From Negaprion brevirostris (taxonomy: Eukaryota): DNA of 64,000 nucleotides. How positions within the stretch are numbered: the stretch's first letter is position 1; each line of letters begins with the position of its first letter. Of the stretch, positions 56,601 to 64,000 are shown one piece after another. The stretch spans positions 52,666,117-52,730,116 of the forward strand of contig JARDVH010000031.1 of assembly GCA_030324005.1 (NCBI GenBank), read 5' to 3'. The position numbers and the translations under genes were made by a program. Under the pieces are notes generated by a model that did no database searches, was not told where the DNA came from, and saw only the letters and a list, made by a program, of their open reading frames with translations.

Positions 56601-57839
56601 AGTAGCAAGAAATAAAATCTACAGATATGTGTCAAAAGTTTATCTTTAAGCATAAGCTATTAAAACAGAAATAGATAATCTGACCTGTGCTAATTGCTGG
56701 TATATCAAACCAGGTACATCATACCAAATGAGAGTTTGACACCCTAAGCCATGTGTTGTACAACATTTCTCTTATCAAAACTGATAAGAGATTCTGTGGA
56801 GCACCATTAGGCAGCAGGTCAGGAGCTAACTATGTGGATGGATTCATCAGAATGAGCATGTGCCTCTGTTAGCATACACTCATTGCCATCCAACATAAAT
56901 TTCAAATGTCAACAAGTGGAACCAGCTCCCATCACTCTGTGTTATGCAAGGGGAGAGTAGAGGACTAATAAAGGAATAATGTTCAACCTTGAATGCAGAG
57001 AGAAATCTCACTGCAGGGAGGCATGAAAGGCTATGGTGCTTGATGATGAATATAAATTTAACCAAAACCTCGTTGATTGAGACTTAATGAAACTGAGGGA
57101 TAAGATGGGAAGTAATGGGGACAGGGTTCATTTTATAACCTTGAATGAATGCAGAACCTTGCATCAATCTTTAGCCATTCAATACCTGAGATTTGGAGAG
57201 GGATAAGTGCAAAATAAATTCACCAGAATGCAAATTATGGACAGTGCCACCATTGTGCCTTCAAAATATCTTAATTTTACAAATTTTATTGTTGTGTCCA
57301 GGTGTAGCCCTGACATTCACAACAGACTGGAGGCAGCCTGCTGTGCCCCATTTTCAGAGGTGACATTGGCTGGTGTCTTCTGGAGGCCTGAAGCCTTGAG
57401 GGCCCTGCCTGCTAAGGATCTCCTATTCTGATGCAGGTCCACCTTGACCTGACCTGCTGAAGTTGATGCGGTCACTGGTGGAAGGAATTTGGAGAGGCCA
57501 CCCTCTTGAGTGCTTCGAGTGGATGTCCCAGCAGTGTTTTGTTGGCACTCCTCCTCCCTTATAGTGACTGAAGGCCCACCCCCTTAGCACTGCCCAATGC
57601 TTGGTGGGCATTGCCAGTGTGCCAGGCTGGCAGTGCCAGGGTACCCAGTGGGTAGTACCAGGATGCCAGACTGGCAATGCCCAAGGGGCACCCCACCTCT
57701 TCCCTGACCTCCTGGGGGGGTTTCAACGGCCACTGATCCTACTGGCGAGCCCATCACGACAGGTCCCCATTCATGGGGATCATATATGATCCTTTCCGGT
57801 GAGGACTTCTACGGATGATGCTGCAAAGGCAAGTGAGCC

Positions 57840-58062
57840 CAGAAAATACTGTTTGGGTGCACTGAGAGAGAATGTAGCATTGTCAATGCCCCTAACCAAC
57901 ACATCTTTCAGAACTTGGGAGGGTACTGGAGCATCCGGAGGAAATGCACACAGATGGGGAGAATGTGCAGACTCTGCACAGACCGTGACCCAAGCCGAGA
58001 ATTGAACCCAGCTCCCTGGCACTGTGAGGCAGCAGTGCTAACCATCATCCCACTGTGCTGCC
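57840..58062 (-). mobile_element. HE1-related SINE
   Basis: gcagactctgcacagaccgtgacccaagccgagaattgaacccag...gaggcagcagtgctaacca. Confidence 0.85.
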
Positions 58063-58869
58063 TTATAATGGTAATGGCAATAAGGAGCAAGAGATGGTGC
58101 ACATGGCGCAAACTACAGTACATGGTTTACTTATTGCAATGAGACTTACCCTATTATTTTCCACAATTGACAGTTTAGTGTCCAACATTAAACTGATTTC
58201 ATTTGTCTTAGCTTGGTAGTAAATCAATGATAATACTGCTGATTCACCACCAAGATACATTGAATCATTGTCAAACATCAATCCTTATTCCAAGTCATGA
58301 GAGATTTAAAGTCAGGTTACATGTCATTGAAATTATCTCACACAGTTTGACTTATCTGTATTATCCACTCATGTCTGTCTTCCGTAGGTGGTTAATGGTT
58401 CAGTAACTGAACCACTTGCTTGCCTCAGAGTGCCTGATTGTGCTGGGGAGGATCATGTGAAAGGTCCGATCACGCTGTTGTTGTAGCCCCCTTGCAAGGC
58501 TTCATGTCTGGGAAAAGGGATTGGATCATAGGGGAACTGCAAGATTAACTACCAGCCTCAGGATCTTCAAATTACAGTTGGAAAACAGGTCGGAAAATTG
58601 TATGGAAGTCTGGAAAGAAAGGCTCCATTTATCATCTTCAACGTTCAGCCTGGTCCCACTGGTCACTGATTTAAGCAGAACCACATTCAAGCTCCAATGC
58701 CAGTTTCTTTGTGCACCCCACAAAGTAGAATCTACAGTGTCCAGACTCTCAAGAGTTTATCTCTAGACCTGACTATTCCAGAAAGGAATATCAGAGCCCA
58801 TTTCCTTTTTTATTTGACAAACTTGTTATGGATTGAAGTACAGCTATGGGTTACTGTGATGACATTCCT

Positions 58870-59622
58870 TGCAAATTACATGATGCAGCAAGACCTGGAC
58901 AACATTCATGCTTGGGCAGTTAAGTGCCATATAAAATTTGCATAAATACCTGGCATTGACCATTTTTAATAAGAGAGAATCTAACCATTTTGACATTCAA
59001 TGCCATTACCATTGCTGAAACCGCACTTTCAAAATTCTGGAGGGTTACCATTGNNNNNNNNNNCTGAATTGAACCTGCCATATAAATACTGCAACTGCAA
59101 GAGCAAGTCACCAGCTGGGAATTCTGCAGCTAACAACTCACCCCAGACTTCCCAAAGCCTGACTACTATCTACAAGACACAAAGCAAGAATATGATGGAA
59201 TACTTCACTTACCCACTTAACTAACACCCAATCCACCACCTTAAACATTCATTCCCTCCACCACTGGTATACAGCGGTGTATACCATTTACAAGATGCAC
59301 TCCAGCAACCCACCAAGACTCCGACAATGACCCCGATCACTTAGAAGGAGAAGGCCAGCAGATGCATGGGAACACCACCACCAGCAGGTTCCCTCCTAAC
59401 CATACTATTTTGACTTGGAACTATATTGCCATTCCTTCACTGTTGCTGGGTCAAAGACCTGGAACTCTCTTCCTAACAACACCATTGGTCTCTAAACCAC
59501 AGGGACTGTAGTGGTTCAAGAATGTAGCACACCACCACTTTCTCAAGGGCAATTAGGAAGGGCAATAAATGCTGGTCTAGCCAACAATGTTGCACATCCT
59601 CTGGAAGAATAAATTTAAAAAA
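58870..59622 (+). mobile_element. CR1/L2-group LINE 3' end, same family as 36985-37645
   Basis: QQDLDNIHAWAVKC...SQSLTTIYKTQSKNMMEY; tail gggcaataaatgctggtctagcc. Confidence 0.85.
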
Positions 59623-61204
59623 TGATAATGCATATTAGCCGAGTTTGTTTGTTTGCAAACAAATGAAAAGTTATGAGCAAATATAACATCATTTTAAACT
59701 TCTGGAAAGGATTATTCTGCTCCTGACCTTGAAAATGTAAAATGCAGTTTTCTTTACCGTTTTTTGAACAAAACTTATTTTATTTTTATTTATTTTATTT
59801 GTCTTATTTTTAAGACAAAGCTTTGCTGCTCTTAGTATCACATTTTTGGCAAAGTATTTGCACCATCATAAAAACATATTTCAGCGAGAAATCTGGTTTT
59901 GTTCCTTCACTCTCTAATTCACAAACACTAACTTCACTGACATACAGCAATTTGAATTTGTTGGTTAGTTCAAAGACATTATTGTTTCTTGAAAAAGATG
60001 TTGGTTTAAACTCTAACACTCTCTGTAACTTTTGTTCAGCTTTCTGACCGTTACAATCAGGTGCAAGCCCACAGACTTCTTTATCTCTCAGGTTGAGACT
60101 GTATGATCAGCTGGCAATGACAATTTGTTCCCTTTCTTCTTCCCACTCAGCCAGATTGTTGCTAGATTTCCCCCTGCCACTGCTCCTTAACTCATTTCTT
60201 CTTCTCATTTTACCCCTATCTTAACTCATGCCCTCCCTGAGCTCATCCTGTCCATGAGACACACCTCCTATGCCTTTAGTCCTACTCCCACTAAACTTTC
60301 AATAACAACAGCAAAGGCAATTTATATTCACATAACACCTTTAATGTAATAAAGATCTCAAGGTCCTTCATAGGATCATTTTAAAATGGGTAAGATGCTC
60401 TTTTGGAGAGTCAGTATAGACTTGATGGGTTGAATGCCTCCTTCTGCACTGCAGGGATTCTACGGAAATGCCACAATGTCATGTAACATATAATGTTCAG
60501 AACTTAATTCCAACAAAAGAAACAACATAAACATGATTACAGCACTTTTTATGTCGCTTTGAAGGCGACATTATATGGTATAAACTTGGTACAGTTTATG
60601 TTGGAATGTTGGCAAATTTAGGAAAACCTACCATTCAAAGGAGAGGATTTAGGATTGTGAACATCATTTGAGCAGGGTGCTAATAGAGAAACGAGCCACA
60701 TACAGATTTGAGAACAGAACCTGCCTGATTTTTTTCTTTTTTCAAATGATTGAAATTCAATGATGTGATGATCAAAGAGTTTTTAACCATTAAAATGATC
60801 ATGAATGGGGCTGTGATTTTATGATGTAAACGTAATTGGTTTATTAGTGCTCTTTAAAGAAATAATTTGTTTCTGTCTCAATTTGGCCTGTGTGTGACTC
60901 CTGTCCACATTTTCTGGTTGATGCTTAATGCCCTTGGGAGAAACAATGATGGGCATTAAATACAACCTCAACAGCAACACTCACATCCCAAGAACAAATA
61001 AAAAATCTTCCATTTATCTCTTTCTTTTACATTCTCCCCCTTCCACATCCCCACATCCCCCACCTCCCTGCCAGTTTTCTATTCATATGATCATATTGCC
61101 ATTAATCCCATGTGACATTTAGCTTTCAATAAATCTTCTATCTGGTACCTTGTCAAAAGCATTTTCAAAATCTGCATAAAACCACAGTAGCAGTGACATA
61201 TATA

Positions 61205-62100
61205 TAGAGTCATAGAGGTTTACAGCATGAAAATAGGCCCCTTCGGCCCAAATTGTCCATACCACTTTTTTAAACCCCTAAGCTAGTCCCAATTGCCCAC
61301 TTTTGGTCCATATCCCTCTATACCCATCTTGCCCATGTAAATGTCTAAGTGCTTTTTACCCGCCTCTACTACTATCTTTGACAGTTTGTTCTGGACACTC
61401 ACCACACTCTGTGTGAAAAAATTGTCCCTCTGTCCACTTTTGTATCTCTTCCCTCTCACCTTAAACCTATGCCCTCTAGTTTTAGACTTCCTATCTTTGG
61501 GAAAAGATAATNNNNNNNNNNNNNNNNNNNNNNNNNNNNNNNNNNNNNNNNNNNNNNNNNNNNNNNNNNNNNNNNNNNNNNNNNNNNNNNNNNNNNNNNN
61601 NNNNNNNNNNNNNNNNNNNNNNNNNNNNNNNNNNNNNNNNNNNNNNNNNNNNNNNNNNNNNNNNNNNNNNNNNNNNNNNNNNNNNNNNNNNNNNNNNNNN
61701 NNNNNNNNNNNNNNNNNNNNNNNNNNNNNNNNNNNNNNNNNNNNNNNNNNNNNNNNNNNNNNNNNNNNNNNNNTGCAAAAATACATATGAACATATGAAG
61801 GTGTAGGGCACACAGCTCCGCAAGCCTGCTCCTCCATTTAATAAGATATTGGCTGAACTAATTTTAACCTCAACTTTCTGCCAACCCCCAATAACCTTTC
61901 ACCACCTTCCTTATCAAGAATCGATGTACTCCTGTTTTAAAGATATTCAAAGACTTTGCCTCAACCAGCTTTTGAGGAAGAGAATTCAAAGGTCTCACAA
62001 CCCTCAGAGAAAAATAAATTCTTCATCTCTGTCTTAAATGGGCAACCCCTGATTTTTAGACAGTGGCTCCCAGTTCAAAATACTCCCAAAAGGGGAAACA
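61205..62100 (-). mobile_element. Two CR1 3' ends separated by a gap
   Basis: KTRGHRFKVRG...NFFTQSVVSVQNKL; the second tail starts catatgaacatatgaag. Confidence 0.85.
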
Positions 62101-63907
62101 TCTTTTTATGTTTCAGTCAAATTGCTTTGGTTGCTGTTCAGATGGAACTGAGAAAATCAACTCACGAGCGTTAAATAATATAAATTATAATAGAAAATGG
62201 ATATCCTGGAAGTTTTGCTGGGTTACCTTGACTTTTCACTGACTTATGATTTACTGCCCTTACTCATTCTCCCTAATGGAAGAACATAGGTTGGAGTGAA
62301 TCTTTCGCTGCATAAATTTTACAGGCTGATTCAAAAGAGAAGGCTCAGTGTAGAAACATTATTCTCATTCCACATTTTTACATTTCAGGGAGGATAACAT
62401 GTGATGCATCAGTACCTAGCTGAATGCGCACTCCCCCATGGCTCAGCTTGCCTGATGTATTATACATACTGTGTTACTTAGCCCTTGCGAAGACATGGGG
62501 ATCAGACCAGATATAAAATTACAATAGATACATCCTAAAACATACTTACTTATTGTTCGTAAGCAATTTCCAACCAGGAAACCAGGTACGTAATTCAATA
62601 CCATACATGAAGCTCCCTAAGGGAGCAAATCAAAAAGTTACATTTCCCTACCTTGCAAGTTCTTCATAGGATCCTTCACACTGCTCTAAGGGTGGAAACG
62701 ATAAACTGAGCATGTTCCTAAAAATGTTTGCTTTGTGACATCACAGAAGTTGGCAGAACAGGTAGGTCGGCTTTTACTCCTGCATTGCAAAATCCTGCCT
62801 ACATTGCAGAATTGATTTATTTTTTATCCAGCTAATCTTGCCTAACTTCATCTTAAGATTACCAACAAAAACTAATCCTAATTAGGTCAGGATACTGAGT
62901 GAAGACACCTAGCGTGAAAACATCCAAACCTCCCACAATTCGGACAACTTACAAACAATCTGAATGGTTCTGAATCTGTGACACACTGTGAGAGCGATCG
63001 CTGTAATACCTGTTCAGGAAGTGTCCTAGCTGAGGAGCACCTAGTTTTGCAAAAAAGTCACTTCGTGCAGTAACAACATTGAAGTTAAAATTTTGTAAAT
63101 GATTCAGCAGTACTCCACACAGCTGGCTTATAGAGACTGTATAATAAATACCTGGTAAAGGTACACCTGATGAGGCAGTACGGTAAGCTTAATGATAGCT
63201 AATTGAACCATTAATGCCTCTATCATTCAGATCATAACAATAAATAATGCACCCTTCTGCCTGTTGTTGCAATCCTGTTGGGGGTGGTTAATGTTTAAAG
63301 GTAAAATAGGAACACCACGTAATTAACTAACAAAACTATGCCACAATGTTACACACTTTTTAAACAAAAACAAACTCTAATGTAAATTAAAAAGAATTGA
63401 ACTAAGACTATTAACTCAACATTACATCTTACGACATAAATTCAGATCTACTTTTCACTTCCTGCCAATAGATCTTACAAAATTTTCAATGTTAATTTAC
63501 TTCGCCTGGGACCAACCCAAAGATATACCCCAGAGCTCTGAATTTACTTTTCTTCTGTTTAGTATTCCAGATATTCCTCCGAGGTAAGACCTCCTTCCAT
63601 TAGATTTTGGCTATGTGACCCTTCATCTTTTCTTTACCAATCTCTTGAATGTGGATGCCTCAGCTCCTTGTCTGAGTTGTCGGCAGATATCCAGCTGTCT
63701 CCCCACAGCTTCCCAGGGTAATTTTGCTGACTGATTTCTATCAAAAGGCTCTGTGAGGACCGCGGTAGGTATCTTCCACTTGCTGTACACTAAAGCAAAT
63801 CTTCCACTTACCTGTTCCTCACAAGGTCTATGCAGTGAATGTATTTTCTCTGCTTGAAAGGCAGGTTATCTGATTATCATCCCTGTTGGTTCTCTCAGTC
63901 TGGTCAG

Positions 63908-64000
63908 ATGCATCTTTAAGATGCTCCTTAAAACCTCCTGAGTTTTTTGGTCATCTGCTCTAATATCTCCTTATATAGCTTGATGGCAAATTCTCTTTGA
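63908..64000 (+). mobile_element. L2-type LINE 3' region, truncated by the window end
   Basis: tttaagatgctccttaaaacct...tggtcatctgctctaatatctccttat...ggcaaattctctttga parallels 4770-4850. Confidence 0.65.

Noticed and set aside
58396-58414. 9-bp perfect inverted repeat tggttcagt-a-actgaacca
   Set aside because: Short, with no supporting context; not clearly beyond chance or local mutation in 64 kb.

Overview
This is vertebrate genomic DNA from a gapped draft assembly. The repeat content (HE1-type SINEs, DeuSINEs, CR1 and Penelope elements) points to a shark or other cartilaginous fish. The window holds one complete protein-coding gene on the minus strand, integrin beta-6 (ITGB6). I traced 15 coding exons by hand from the ATG at 52237 to the TAA at 5106. 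All introns are GT-AG and the phases are consistent. The CDS is 2364 nt (787 aa), and the exon sizes match the human ITGB6 pattern as I recall it. The rest is intron and flank, densely filled with decayed CR1/L2 LINEs, three SINE families, Penelope fragments, Gypsy/LTR relics, MITE-like elements and a 24-bp minisatellite. Almost all short ORFs in the track are repeat-derived or spurious. I see no evidence for a new multi-gene system. The best leads are small: (1) a possible splice-controlled uORF switch in the ITGB6 leader; (2) palindromic Penelope-derived elements carrying hammerhead-ribozyme core motifs; (3) a perfect hairpin built from two p53/p63 half-sites; (4) an LF-SINE-like relic; (5) a locally templated insertion in the 3' UTR; (6) a sense-oriented solo LTR just upstream of exon 9. 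Exon coordinates were read base by base. Repeat boundaries are approximate, and family names come from recalled motifs, not database searches.
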